Of a stretch of DNA of 64,000 bases, positions 1 to 9,460 are shown piece by piece (positions within the stretch are counted from its first letter, which is position 1; every line of letters begins with the position of its first letter). The stretch is from Candidatus Kaiserbacteria bacterium (GTDB lineage Bacteria; Patescibacteriota; Minisyncoccia; Phycocordibacterales; UBA2100): positions 46,435 to 110,434 of the forward strand of contig JACRFK010000004.1 of NCBI GenBank assembly GCA_016217925.1, read 5' to 3'. The notes beneath the pieces were generated by a model. It was not told where the DNA came from. It saw only the letters and a program-made list of their open reading frames with translations, and made no database searches. The translations under genes were made by a program, and so were the position numbers.

Positions 1-1962
1 CTTCGCTGTTTTCAGTTCTGTCGGGACGATGATAGCGCCCGGATTCGCCTTTCGCTGCTCCTCAGCCTTCAGTGTATCGATGCCGATAAGTTTGATGCCT
101 TGCAAAAGTTGCGGCTCCTGACCTATCTGCGAGGTCGAGGGTGTGAATCCGATCGCTATCGCGGCCTGGCGCGGCGGCGTACCGCTGAGCCCCACGCCCG
201 GCTCTATCTCACCAAGGTCCCATGTGAGAGTGCTGTCGTTCTGGTTGAATGTCACACGCTCGGATGGAGGACTGTAAATACCTACCCAACGCACATACGG
301 CGGCATGTGCGCGACCACCCGCGCATCGGAGATCTTGTTGGTCGTATTGGTCACTGTGAATACGATGGCGTACGTGGTCTCTGTGCCTGCCTTCGGCGGC
401 AGAGGCCCGACGCTACCGAACGGATTTGAATAGTACAGACCTTGCGCCGTGAGCGAGAGGTCGCTTGCGAGCGATATCTTTTGGCTTGCCGTCGCCTGCA
501 GATTCTGTGGTACGCCGCTTTCTGACGTGCGTTTGCCCGCGGCATTGATGGAAATACTCAGGCGAGGATTGAGGATATTTTTGAGATCATCGCTTTGCGG
601 CATCCGGAAGGTGAACCCGACTTTGCCGCGTGCTCCAGGCGCAAGCGTAGCAAGCGCACCCCCGCTTGTCGTTTTGTCCCAGATCACGACATCGTCATTG
701 GAGCGATAAAAGCCGTCTGCCGTGTGCACGGTCGCGCCGTCGATTGGAAATCCGGAAAGCTTGGCGACAATGACGGCGTCTGTAATCGCCGTCGGAAGGT
801 TATTCTGCCAGTCGATAGCCACGGAAACGTTGTCACCCGGGGAGACCACGATATTCGGGCCGCTGGCGCCTCCGACAGATACCGAAAGACCGAGGAATGC
901 CTTGGATATCGCGACCGTGAATGAATTGCTCGCGAGAGTAGTCTCTATCGCGGTCGAGGTGGCTGTCGCATCTGTGCGCGAACCGGCAGAAAAGTGGAAG
1001 ACACGAGCGTCCCCTTGCTCGCCTGTGAGCAGGCCTCGTATCGTTACAACGCGATTTTGCCCGGGCGAAAAATCGCCGAGCTTCCAGGACGCGCTGCGGG
1101 AATCTTGCGATATCTGGGGTTTTGCGTTCGCGGAAGATTCATTTGTAGCAGCAGACTCGAGTTTGAAGCCAAATGGGAATTCAGCCTCAAAAAGTACGTC
1201 CCTGACCGGCGCGTTTGCATTTGAGGCGACAGATACGGTGAGTTCGATGGGCTGTCCGGATATCGTCTCGCTGTTGCCGGAGACCACGAGTGAGAGCGGC
1301 GAGGAGCTGAAAGCCACGTTGTACTCCGACGATGCGACGAAAATGGCACTCGAGCCCCCGATGCGATATTCAAGTTCCACTTTGACATTCGCCTGATCGC
1401 CTTCGTCGCCCGCAAAGACAGCGGAGACCGTTCCCTGCCTTGTCCCGCCCGCCTCGATGACGCCGAGTGGAATACGCTGACTCTGCAGGTCGGTCGCGAA
1501 ATCGGTCGGTGAGCGTGTGCCGCTCGGATACGAGACGACAAGGTCCGCGAGCTCGAGCGGTACTTTGTTCCTATTTACGACGACGAGCTGAAGCTCGGTC
1601 GGGACTCCACCCTCGATCTGCGGCGGACCGGATATCGAAATACTGATGTTGCTCGGTGATGCACCAAAACTCCCGCCGCCAAAAAGAAAGTAGTAGCTGA
1701 AAAATCCGACCGCGCAGATGAAAAAGACGATGGCTCCGCCCAAAAGCCACCAGAGCCCGGCACGTGCAAATCCTATCGCACGGGGGGCTACGATAACGCC
1801 CGAATCATCTCCTTGTGGTTCCGCGAAATCCTCTTCGACGCTCGAGATCTCCTGGCCGAGGACGCGACGTTCACGCTCGTGTATTTTCGGCGAGAGTGAG
1901 CGACTATACATCGCCCGTCGCAAACGTTCTATTTTCTCCTTCTCGTGCTCCGAGGGCTCCAT
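1..1962 (-). CDS. large membrane-anchored surface protein, partial (continues beyond 5' edge of window); short cytoplasmic N-terminus, one TM helix, then repeated beta-sandwich (CARDB/DUF11-like) modules
   Basis: Minus-strand frame translated by hand from ATG at 1962 (MEPSEHEKEKIERL...) down to position 1 without a stop (654 codons). TM helix GAIVFFICAVGFFSYYFLF. Recurring ~100-aa units such as PLELADLVVSYPSG and PIELTVSVASNANAPVRDVLFEAEFPFGFKL. Missing from the ORF track because it is incomplete. Confidence 0.6.
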   Translation of the reverse strand, partial: MEPSEHEKEKIERLRRAMYSRSLSPKIHERERRVLGQEISSVEEDFAEPQGDDSGVIVAPRAIGFARAGLWWLLGGAIVFFICAVGFFSYYFLFGGGSFGASPSNISISISGPPQIEGGVPTELQLVVVNRNKVPLELADLVVSYPSGTRSPTDFATDLQSQRIPLGVIEAGGTRQGTVSAVFAGDEGDQANVKVELEYRIGGSSAIFVASSEYNVAFSSSPLSLVVSGNSETISGQPIELTVSVASNANAPVRDVLFEAEFPFGFKLESAATNESSANAKPQISQDSRSASWKLGDFSPGQNRVVTIRGLLTGEQGDARVFHFSAGSRTDATATSTAIETTLASNSFTVAISKAFLGLSVSVGGASGPNIVVSPGDNVSVAIDWQNNLPTAITDAVIVAKLSGFPIDGATVHTADGFYRSNDDVVIWDKTTSGGALATLAPGARGKVGFTFRMPQSDDLKNILNPRLSISINAAGKRTSESGVPQNLQATASQKISLASDLSLTAQGLYYSNPFGSVGPLPPKAGTETTYAIVFTVTNTTNKISDARVVAHMPPYVRWVGIYSPPSERVTFNQNDSTLTWDLGEIEPGVGLSGTPPRQAAIAIGFTPSTSQIGQEPQLLQGIKLIGIDTLKAEEQRKANPGAIIVPTELKTAK

Positions 1963-1997
1963 CGTGAAATTATATCACCCTGTCGCCGCACGAACCG

Positions 1998-2441
1998 TTA
2001 CAGCTTAAGCCGGTAGACGTTGGTCGGCCACTGTTCAAAACCCAATTTTTGGTACAGCTTGTTCGCCGCCTCGCGGTCCGCGCGGCTGGAAAGCGAGATG
2101 GAGCCGATTTTCCTCTCTCGCGCTCGTGCAATCAACTTCTCACTGAGTTGCTTGCCCAAGCCCTGTCCCCGGTACTTTTCATCAACAACAACATCCTCGA
2201 TCTGAGCTCGTTCACCCTCCGGGATGACGACGATGGCAAGTGTTGCCATTCCGACTATTGTTTCATCATCCTGCGCAACCCAGAGTTCAACATTTTCATC
2301 TGCAATGATTTTTGTAAGAAGCTCCATCGAACATTTCGGCAAACGCTCCGAGAGCTGAAACACGAGCGCGTTGATATCCTCTAGCGCCTTTGGGCTTGCT
2401 TTCGTGAGTTCTTGGATAGTTATCATAAAAGGAGCGTACAC
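1998..2441 (-). CDS. GNAT family N-acetyltransferase
   Basis: 147 aa; acetyl-CoA binding motif YRGQGLGKQL (Q/RxxGxG/A). Confidence 0.8.
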   Translation of the reverse strand: MYAPFMITIQELTKASPKALEDINALVFQLSERLPKCSMELLTKIIADENVELWVAQDDETIVGMATLAIVVIPEGERAQIEDVVVDEKYRGQGLGKQLSEKLIARARERKIGSISLSSRADREAANKLYQKLGFEQWPTNVYRLKL

Positions 2442-3014
2442 TTATAGATGCGTTTCCGCAATTGCCTTATTGATGGAAGAGAGCAGCTTGTCGCGTTTGG
2501 CTTCCACCTCGGAGAGGTGCTCGATGCCATATGCAGTATGAGTGAAGAGGGTTGATTCAAGGGCCTCCGGGGAAATATATCCTAGCGCATACAAGACACG
2601 TGCCACACATACAACTTCGACGGCCGTCACCGATGTATGTGTCCCCGTTGTGAGTGCCTGGTGCGCATTCGCAAGTGTCTCGAAGAGATACTCGCTCTTT
2701 TCTTCTCCGTGCACGAGCCGCATTGTGAGCTCCGCGATGCGCGCGAATGTGGCTATGCACTTCCTGTCGCCCGTCGCCGATTTGAGCGCAGCTGCACCGG
2801 CGAGCCGCCATCCGCGCTTCCCCTTCACCAACGACACCTTCGCGCGCGAGTAATCTTGGACCGCATATCGCATCTTTGAACGTTCCTTGCGCACGGCGGA
2901 CGCGCGTGCGCGTACGAGTCCGAAGTCGCGGGTGAAAAGCACAATCATCCTATCCGCTTCGCTCATCTCGCGATTTCCCAGTACGAGCGCTTCGGTGTGG
3001 TATTTCTGGTACAT
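2442..3014 (-). CDS. recO: DNA repair protein RecO
   Basis: 190 aa; N-terminal OB-fold region (..MIVLFTRDFGLVRARA..) and overall layout typical of RecO; the start codon directly abuts an inverted-repeat element. Confidence 0.75.
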   Translation of the reverse strand: MYQKYHTEALVLGNREMSEADRMIVLFTRDFGLVRARASAVRKERSKMRYAVQDYSRAKVSLVKGKRGWRLAGAAALKSATGDRKCIATFARIAELTMRLVHGEEKSEYLFETLANAHQALTTGTHTSVTAVEVVCVARVLYALGYISPEALESTLFTHTAYGIEHLSEVEAKRDKLLSSINKAIAETHL

Positions 3015-3096
3015 CCCGTTAGAAATAGGAAGCTTGCGCTTCCAACTCCAAGATTATAACACCTTGTCTTTCATAACTTCCGTTATTTCTAACGGG
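3015..3096. repeat. IR element #1 (arms CCCGTTAGAAATA / TATTTCTAACGGG) between ileS stop and recO start
   Basis: 13-bp perfect inverted arms flank 56 bp containing hairpin GGAAGC-ttgc-GCTTCC and, on the recO strand, a TATAAT box. The arm ends directly at the recO ATG. Confidence 0.7.
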
Positions 3097-3104
3097 ATAC
3101 ATGC

Positions 3105-6074
3105 TTATTCGAATTCGATAATCGTGCTCGTAGCCTTTTGCAGCTCAGCGAGATACTTCTCGAGAATCGTCCGACTCTCTGGAGAAACTTTAAGCCGGTG
3201 CGTGGCAGATTCTCCGGGCTTCATGTTTTGTGATTTCCTGAACGCCTGTATCTCGCGAATGGTGTCGCGCACGAGCCCCTCTTCACGCAGTTCGTCCGTA
3301 ATGTTCGTGTCAAGCGCGACGCCATCGCCTGTCCGTTCCACCTTTTTCACGTTCACCTCGTCGGCGACGATAGAAAGATACTTATCGGCAAGCTTCGTAC
3401 CGCGCGGGATCGAGAGCGTCGCTAGCGGCTGGCGGACCTTTATCTTCGCTGCGTCGCGTGCTTCGAGCGCTTTCGTCACGATGGCGCGCGCGGCCTCCAT
3501 GGCTTCAAGAAGTTCTTTGTCCTTATTCGTGCCCCCGAACAGCCGCGCGAAGAATCCTGTCGGCACGGAGACTTCGGGCCACATTGCGAGGTGCACACTT
3601 TCTTCATCTTCGCTTTCACGTACCGCTTGAAAGAGGTGCTCCGCAAAGAAAGGCGTCGCAGGAGCCATCACGAGCGAGAGACGATGGAGCACGTAGCGCA
3701 ACGTCGCAAGTGCCGCCGTTTTATCTGGACCGTCTTCTTTAAAACGTTCACGACTTCTTCGGAGGTACCACACGGAAAGGTCGTCGATGAATTTGGGAAG
3801 CGGTCGCGCCGCAGCATCGAGCTGATAGCTCTCGTAACCCTGTGTCGTCGCGATGATGCACTCATCGAGGCGCGCAATTATCCATCTGTCTAAGATGTTC
3901 GAACTATTCCAATCACGCGGAGTGTCATCATTGTAGAGCTGCCAGAATGCGAGCACATTGCCGAGGCGGCCGATGTTTTTCTTCGCTACTTCATCGACGC
4001 CGCTTTCGGAAAAACTCAGATTCTCCGCCTGCATGACGGGAGAAGAAAGCAGGTAGAGCCGCAGCGCGTCGGCGCCATATTTCTCCACAACTTCCATCGG
4101 GTCGGGATAATTCTGCAATTTCTTGGACATTTTCTTGCCGTCTTCTGCCAAGACGATGCCGTTCACAATGACGTTTTGAAATGTGTTCTTTTGGAAGAGG
4201 GCGCCGCCGAGCACGTGCAAGTAATAGAACCATGCGCGCGTCTGGTCCAGTCCTTCGGCAATGAACTGCGCGGGGAACGTCGCCTCGAACCGTTCCTTGT
4301 TTTTAAAAGGGTAATGTTTTTCTCCATAAGGCATCGAGCCCGAATCAAACCATGTGTCCAAGACGTCGGGAATTCTTTTCATCGTGCCTGAGCATTTCTC
4401 GCAGTCAAAAGTTACTTCGTCTACTATATGCTTGTGTAGGTCATCAATTGCGCGGCCGCTTGCCTTTTCAAGCTCTTTGGCGCTCCCAAAAACAATCTCG
4501 TGCCCGCATCCCTTGCTGCCAACTGCCAACTGCTTACTGCTAACTGTCCCCATGCAGCGCCACACAGGAATGACGCTCGCCCAGAAACGCTGCCGCGAGA
4601 TAGACCAGTCGCGCGCGCCTTCGAGCCATTTACCGAATCTCCCCTCTTTGATGTGCGACGGCGTCCAATTGACCGCTTCCGCATTTTTGAGGAGATTTTC
4701 TTTTACCTTTGTGACGGAGACGAACCACGATGACGTCGCATAGTTGAGGAGCGGCGTATCGCAGCGCCAACAATGCGGATACGAGTGGGTGATATTTTCT
4801 TTCGAGAAAAACAAGCCTTTGTCCTGTAAGTATTTGAGTACGGCGATATCGGTACCGAGCCGTTCTTTGTCGTCATCAGAGCGCGGCTTGACCTCCATGC
4901 CCGCGAAATCTTTTACTTCGGGCTTCATCGTTCCGTCCATATTGACGTGCTGGACGAACGGCAGGTTCTCTCTCTTGGAAAGTTCCCAGTCATCGGCACC
5001 AAAAGCGGGCGCTTCATGCGCGATACCCGTGCCCGCGTCGGTCGTAATGAAATCCGCCGTGTATACTTTCCACCCGTTCTCGCGATTTTTGAGCGTTGTG
5101 TCGCTGCTGTAGTAGTCGAACGGCGGCCTGTATTTTTTGCCGACGAGCTCGTTGCCCTTCACCTCCGAAACGACTTGCGCGTCTTGTAGATCTTTTTGAT
5201 AGCGGTCGAGCGCTGCTTTCGCGAGAATGTAGGTACCCGACTTCGCCCTGACCTTCACATAGTCAATATCGCCTTTCACCGCAAGCGCGGTATTTCCGGG
5301 CAGCGTCCACGGAGTCGTCGTCCACGCCAAGAAATACGTCCCTGGTTCTTCCACGAGTTCGAATTTCAGAGTGACTGAAATATCTTTCATATCTTTGTAC
5401 CCTTCCGCGACTTCCTGTTGAGAGAGCGTCGTCTCGCAGCGCGGGCAGATGTGCATTGAACGGTAATCCTCGTAGACCAGTCCTTTGTCGTATATCTGTT
5501 TGAATACCCACCAGACGGATTCCATGAACGGCTTGTCCATCGTGCGGTACGCGTGCTCCATATCGGCCCAGCGGCCGATGCGCGGGACAATCTTTTCCCA
5601 ATCGGATGCAAATGTAAGTACGCGGGCTCGGCACGTCTCGTTGAATTTTGCGATACCGAATTCTTTTATGTCTTTCTTGTGCTTAAAACCGAGCTCTTTC
5701 TCAACGATGTTTTCTATGGGCAATCCGTGACAATCCCAGCCCCACACACGTGGCACCGAGTAGCCGCGCATCGTCCAGAATCGCGGTACGACGTCTTTGA
5801 TGACCGAGGCGACGATGTGGCCATAGTGCGGCAAGCCCGTAGCGAACGGGGGGCCATCGTAAAAAACGTATTCCCCCTTCGGGGCATCTTTTTTGACCGA
5901 TTTATTGAAAATGTCGTTCTCCTTCCAGAATTTCAGTGTTTTCTCTTCCCGCCGTGCCGTCTCGTTTTTTTGCCGGTTTTCCTCCATTCGTACTATCGTA
6001 GCAGAGAGAACAGGCTGCCGCGAGGTTAAGCCGTCTGTAGCTGAGCGCAGTTCGAGGCGCGGAGAAAACAACAT
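3105..6074 (-). CDS. ileS: isoleucyl-tRNA synthetase
   Basis: Class I aaRS: HIGH-type motif PHYGH, KMSKS variant KMSKK, large editing insertion; 989 aa as called. True start is probably the internal Met (MEENRQKNETARREEK..., ~5987). Confidence 0.93.
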   Translation of the reverse strand: MLFSPRLELRSATDGLTSRQPVLSATIVRMEENRQKNETARREEKTLKFWKENDIFNKSVKKDAPKGEYVFYDGPPFATGLPHYGHIVASVIKDVVPRFWTMRGYSVPRVWGWDCHGLPIENIVEKELGFKHKKDIKEFGIAKFNETCRARVLTFASDWEKIVPRIGRWADMEHAYRTMDKPFMESVWWVFKQIYDKGLVYEDYRSMHICPRCETTLSQQEVAEGYKDMKDISVTLKFELVEEPGTYFLAWTTTPWTLPGNTALAVKGDIDYVKVRAKSGTYILAKAALDRYQKDLQDAQVVSEVKGNELVGKKYRPPFDYYSSDTTLKNRENGWKVYTADFITTDAGTGIAHEAPAFGADDWELSKRENLPFVQHVNMDGTMKPEVKDFAGMEVKPRSDDDKERLGTDIAVLKYLQDKGLFFSKENITHSYPHCWRCDTPLLNYATSSWFVSVTKVKENLLKNAEAVNWTPSHIKEGRFGKWLEGARDWSISRQRFWASVIPVWRCMGTVSSKQLAVGSKGCGHEIVFGSAKELEKASGRAIDDLHKHIVDEVTFDCEKCSGTMKRIPDVLDTWFDSGSMPYGEKHYPFKNKERFEATFPAQFIAEGLDQTRAWFYYLHVLGGALFQKNTFQNVIVNGIVLAEDGKKMSKKLQNYPDPMEVVEKYGADALRLYLLSSPVMQAENLSFSESGVDEVAKKNIGRLGNVLAFWQLYNDDTPRDWNSSNILDRWIIARLDECIIATTQGYESYQLDAAARPLPKFIDDLSVWYLRRSRERFKEDGPDKTAALATLRYVLHRLSLVMAPATPFFAEHLFQAVRESEDEESVHLAMWPEVSVPTGFFARLFGGTNKDKELLEAMEAARAIVTKALEARDAAKIKVRQPLATLSIPRGTKLADKYLSIVADEVNVKKVERTGDGVALDTNITDELREEGLVRDTIREIQAFRKSQNMKPGESATHRLKVSPESRTILEKYLAELQKATSTIIEFE

Positions 6075-6149
6075 CCGAGGCGTACGAACGTACGGTGAGG
6101 ATGATGTTGAGGCTTCGCAACGAAGAAATGTGCCAGATACGGGCGGCGG

Positions 6150-7826
6150 CTACATTTTTTCGGGCGCGGGGATGCCTAATATCCATAGCCCGTTTTTGAG
6201 CGTGCGGCGCACTGCGTCTACCAGCGCAACTTTATGCGCGGCCTCAGGTGTACCGTCGAGCACGTGCACCTGCGCGTACCAACTATTGAATGCGGCTGCA
6301 AATTCGAGCAGATAATTCGTCAGCAGATGCGGCTCGCTGTGCGCTGCCGCGTATTCCACGGATTCGGGAAAGCGATGCAGAAGCCGCACAAGCTCATTCG
6401 CGCTCTCGGGAATCCCCAAGGCGTCGCCTTTGGGAAATCTTAAGGCGACGCCTTCGGAACCAGCTTTCTCGACGAGCTGGTGTGCGCGCGCGTGGGCGTA
6501 CTGCAAGTACGGCCCTGAATCCCCTTCGAGCGAGAGCGCGCGCTCGCGGTCGAAGATAATATCTTTGCCCGATGCTTGTTTGAGTATTTGATATTTTATC
6601 GCGGCTACAGCAATCTGCTGCGCAAGTATGTCCGCATTATCGGCGCGGCTTTCTGCCGCACGCACTTTTGCGGCCTCCGTAAGATCCGTGAGTAAGGATT
6701 CGCCCGTAATGACGTTGCCGGTGCGTGAAGACATTTTGCCTTCGGCGAAACGCATCATGCCGTGCGATATATGCCTCACTTTGGACGCGACGTCGGGCAA
6801 CACTTCCTTCATCGCCGCGAGTACCACTTTGAAATAGTCCGACTGTTCGTTGGCGGTCACGGTAATCGATTGGTCGAATGGCCACGTTTCTGATTTCATT
6901 TGCGCGAGTCCGAGGTCCTTGGTCTCGTATGTGGGAAGACCTTTTGACGTTACGAATACGCGGGTGTGAAGCCCGACCTTCTCGCCCTTGAAAACCACCG
7001 CGCCATCGCTCTCCTCAAAAACCTTGGGGTGTTTCTTCACAATCGTGAGTCCGCGTGGAGCTGTCTCACTCTCGAAAAATGAGTAGTCGAATTTCGTACC
7101 GAGGATTTTGTAGAGCTCTTCGAAATGCGTGAGTGAGGCCTTGCGCCCGGCATCATATATTTTATTTATCTTCGGGTCTGAGCGGTCGTACACTTTTGCG
7201 TTCAGTGCATCGATTTCCGCTTTTGTTGCAGCATCGCTTTCATACGCCTGCGCGCCCGCGGCATATGCCTTACCAAGTTGTGCGGAATCATGCGGGTCAA
7301 CACCGAGCTTTTCCACCCCCCATATCGCCTTGGCGACGTGTGGCCCCACATCTCCTTGATAATTCGCTCGCTTCACATCCGCGCCGGAAAATTGCATAAG
7401 GCGCGCGATGGATTCCCCGATAGCGTTGCTCATCAAATGCCCGATGTGAAATTCTTTGAAGGGATTTGGGTCGGTGTACTCGACCATTATCTTTTTGCCG
7501 GCATTAAGCGTACCGCTTCCCCACATGTCTTCTTTGCGCGCGGTCTCGACCGCTTCGGCGAGTGCTGCGGGTGTGAGATAAAAATTTATGAACCCTGCAC
7601 CCGCAACTTCAATTTTTGATACACCTTCAATAGTACCTAGTTGCGAAACTACGAACTCGGCCAAAGTTCGCGGTGCCATGGCCGCCCGCTTTGCACGTTG
7701 TAGAGCAACGCCCGAGGAATAATCACCATTTTCGAGCTCCGTCGGATGTTCTAATGGAATGTCGCCAGCACCCACATGTGCACCCTCAAGCGCGATCGCA
7801 AGAGCTTCTTTCAGCTTTTCCTTCAT
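6150..7826 (-). CDS. argS: arginyl-tRNA synthetase
   Basis: 558 aa; HIGH region PFKEFHIGHLMS and C-terminal DALR anticodon-binding domain. Confidence 0.93.
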   Translation of the reverse strand: MKEKLKEALAIALEGAHVGAGDIPLEHPTELENGDYSSGVALQRAKRAAMAPRTLAEFVVSQLGTIEGVSKIEVAGAGFINFYLTPAALAEAVETARKEDMWGSGTLNAGKKIMVEYTDPNPFKEFHIGHLMSNAIGESIARLMQFSGADVKRANYQGDVGPHVAKAIWGVEKLGVDPHDSAQLGKAYAAGAQAYESDAATKAEIDALNAKVYDRSDPKINKIYDAGRKASLTHFEELYKILGTKFDYSFFESETAPRGLTIVKKHPKVFEESDGAVVFKGEKVGLHTRVFVTSKGLPTYETKDLGLAQMKSETWPFDQSITVTANEQSDYFKVVLAAMKEVLPDVASKVRHISHGMMRFAEGKMSSRTGNVITGESLLTDLTEAAKVRAAESRADNADILAQQIAVAAIKYQILKQASGKDIIFDRERALSLEGDSGPYLQYAHARAHQLVEKAGSEGVALRFPKGDALGIPESANELVRLLHRFPESVEYAAAHSEPHLLTNYLLEFAAAFNSWYAQVHVLDGTPEAAHKVALVDAVRRTLKNGLWILGIPAPEKM

Positions 7827-7853
7827 GGCTGCATTGTACCAGCAGCAGTTGTT

Positions 7854-8276
7854 TTACAAATCCGAATCAATGCCCATGCTTCGGGCGGTGCCGGCGATTA
7901 TCTTTTCGGCTTGCGCGAGGTCGGAGGTGTTGAGGTCCTCCATCTTTTCCTGAGCGAGCTCTTCGAGCTGCTGCTTGGTGAGCTTGGCAACCTTATTCTG
8001 CGGCTTGTCCGAGCCCTTTTCGATGCCGAGCTTCTTCAATATAGCGCGTGAGGCCGGCGGCTTTTTCACGACGAAGGTAAAGGTGCGGTCCTTGTAGACG
8101 GTGAGGACGACCGGCACGGTGTTGCCCGCCATCGGGCGTGTCTGGGTGTTGAACTGATTAACGAACTCGCCGATGTTGACACCAGCAGGCCCGAGCGCGG
8201 TACCGACTGGCGGCGCGGGCGTCGCTGCACCTGCGGCTATCTGCAATTTGATTATTTTTGTGATTTCTTTTGCCAT
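7854..8276 (-). CDS. rplK: 50S ribosomal protein L11
   Basis: 140 aa; conserved L11 N-terminal domain (..[21 protein letters not shown]..); sits in the secE-nusG-rplK block. Confidence 0.95.
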   Translation of the reverse strand: MAKEITKIIKLQIAAGAATPAPPVGTALGPAGVNIGEFVNQFNTQTRPMAGNTVPVVLTVYKDRTFTFVVKKPPASRAILKKLGIEKGSDKPQNKVAKLTKQQLEELAQEKMEDLNTSDLAQAEKIIAGTARSMGIDSDL

Positions 8277-8358
8277 AGAGATAGTTGTTAGGATTTAGAG
8301 TATAGGGTTTAGGGTCGTACTGTAACTTATCTAGTGGCTATTGGCTAGTGGCTAATAT

Positions 8359-8901
8359 CTAAACACGTTGAACCTGATCCGCCTCCAACTCAACGGGTGT
8401 TTCCCTTCCAAACATTGGCACGAGCACCTTCACCTTTCCACGCTCCTCGTCAATCTCCCCCACTTTGCCTTCGAGATCTTTGAAAGGTCCGTCGATAATA
8501 ATGACCGCGTCGCCCTCGGAAAGATCGATGGCGTGGCGCACCGTGTCTCCGCCCGCGCGCTTGAGGATTTTCTCGACTTCATCGGGAAGCAGCGGCACGG
8601 CCTGGTTGGCGGTACCGACGAATCCTGTCACTTGCGGCGTGTTGCGCACGACGCTCCAAGCGTCGTCCGATGCAATCATATCTACGAGCACATAGCCGGG
8701 GAAGGTCTTCTCGCGCATCTCCGTCTTGCGACCGTTCTTGATCTTGATCTTGTTCTCCGTCGGGACGACCACGTTGAATATCTTGTCCTTCATGCCGAAC
8801 GAATCGATGCGCTGCTTCAGGTTGCGGGCAACGGCATCTTCATAGCCCGAATACGTGTGTATGGCGTACCACTGACGCTCTTCTCCGTGCGTTTGCTTCA
8901 T
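8359..8901 (-). CDS. nusG: transcription termination/antitermination factor NusG
   Basis: NGN domain WYAIHTYSGYE plus C-terminal KOW. ORF track starts at 8928, but the first 9 codons lie inside an inverted-repeat element; likely start is MKQTHGEE at 8901. Confidence 0.9.
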   Translation of the reverse strand: MKQTHGEERQWYAIHTYSGYEDAVARNLKQRIDSFGMKDKIFNVVVPTENKIKIKNGRKTEMREKTFPGYVLVDMIASDDAWSVVRNTPQVTGFVGTANQAVPLLPDEVEKILKRAGGDTVRHAIDLSEGDAVIIIDGPFKDLEGKVGEIDEERGKVKVLVPMFGRETPVELEADQVQRV

Positions 8902-9016
8902 CCCGTTAGAAGCAGGACGCGGAAACAAGATTTGCTCCGCACCCTGACATGCTATTGCTGTTAAATATCGAGGTCATAGGGAGATTGTTGATGAGTCGTC
9001 CGCGGCTTCTAACGGG
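8902..9016. repeat. IR element #2 (arms CCCGTTAGAAGC...GCTTCTAACGGG, extendable to CCGCG) between secE stop and nusG start
   Basis: Arms at ~8902-8913 and ~9005-9016; the arm ends directly at the nusG ATG (MKQ). Confidence 0.7.
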
Positions 9017-9026
9017 ATTCGTACGT

Positions 9027-9338
9027 TTATTGCTGTGTGGTCGTTGGCTGGACGGTGAACTGCGGGAGCGGGATTGTATTTTCGCTTGAGGTTGCTTGTC
9101 CTGAGCTTGTCGAAGTGGCGATGGATTGCTCTATGCTCGTCGGCGCTGTAGCCGGCAGGACCTGCAAGAAGCGCGCGAGACCCGTCGTGAAAATATAATC
9201 AAAGAGCCCGAGGTAGAGAGAAACTCCGATGGAAATGAGCGCGACGAGAATGGTATATACGATGGTCTGCAAACGTGTGGGCCATGCCACGTGCCGTAAT
9301 TCGCCCTGTGTGTCTTTGATGTACTGGATGAATGACAT
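9027..9338 (-). CDS. secE: preprotein translocase subunit SecE
   Basis: Conserved SecE N-terminus (..GELRHVAWPTRLQT..) and a single TM helix, followed by an unusual Thr/Ser/Gln-rich C-terminal tail. Canonical position upstream of nusG. Confidence 0.85.
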   Translation of the reverse strand: MSFIQYIKDTQGELRHVAWPTRLQTIVYTILVALISIGVSLYLGLFDYIFTTGLARFLQVLPATAPTSIEQSIATSTSSGQATSSENTIPLPQFTVQPTTTQQ

Positions 9339-9345
9339 ATTTGTA

Positions 9346-9377
9346 TTCTGTGCTCCTAATCAAAAACCCCTTGCGGG
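9346..9377 (-). terminator. GC hairpin (CCCC-TTGC-GGGG) followed by U5 on the minus strand, between the SIMPL gene and secE
   Basis: Minus-strand read: GCCCCGCAAGGGGTTTTTG. A TTGACT-16-TACTAT promoter-like pair (about 9418..9391, minus strand) lies just upstream, so this could instead be a leader attenuator for secE. Confidence 0.4.
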
Positions 9378-9460
9378 GCTTATATCCAGCATAGTATTCC
9401 TTATCCGGACGAAGTCAATAGCCCCGCCTCGCTTGGCGAAGCGGGGCTATTTGGACTTGA

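Noticed and set aside
100-1396. Plus-strand ORFs 100..429, 449..709, 595..924, 722..1396, 994..1224 and minus ORF 1044..1541
   Set aside because: All lie inside and out of frame with the continuous 654-codon minus-strand frame 1962..1. They are low-complexity Arg/Ser/Ala-rich translations typical of antisense or shifted frames in high-GC DNA.
3105-7826. Numerous 60-160-aa antisense/alternate-frame ORFs inside ileS, argS, polA, PBP1A, dnaA, thrC, pilB and others (for example 5553..6029, 7278..7619, 43628..43918, 53040..53330)
   Set aside because: They are nested within long, motif-supported genes and are Arg/Ala/Ser/Pro-rich, as expected from GC-rich non-coding frames. None has independent start or motif support.
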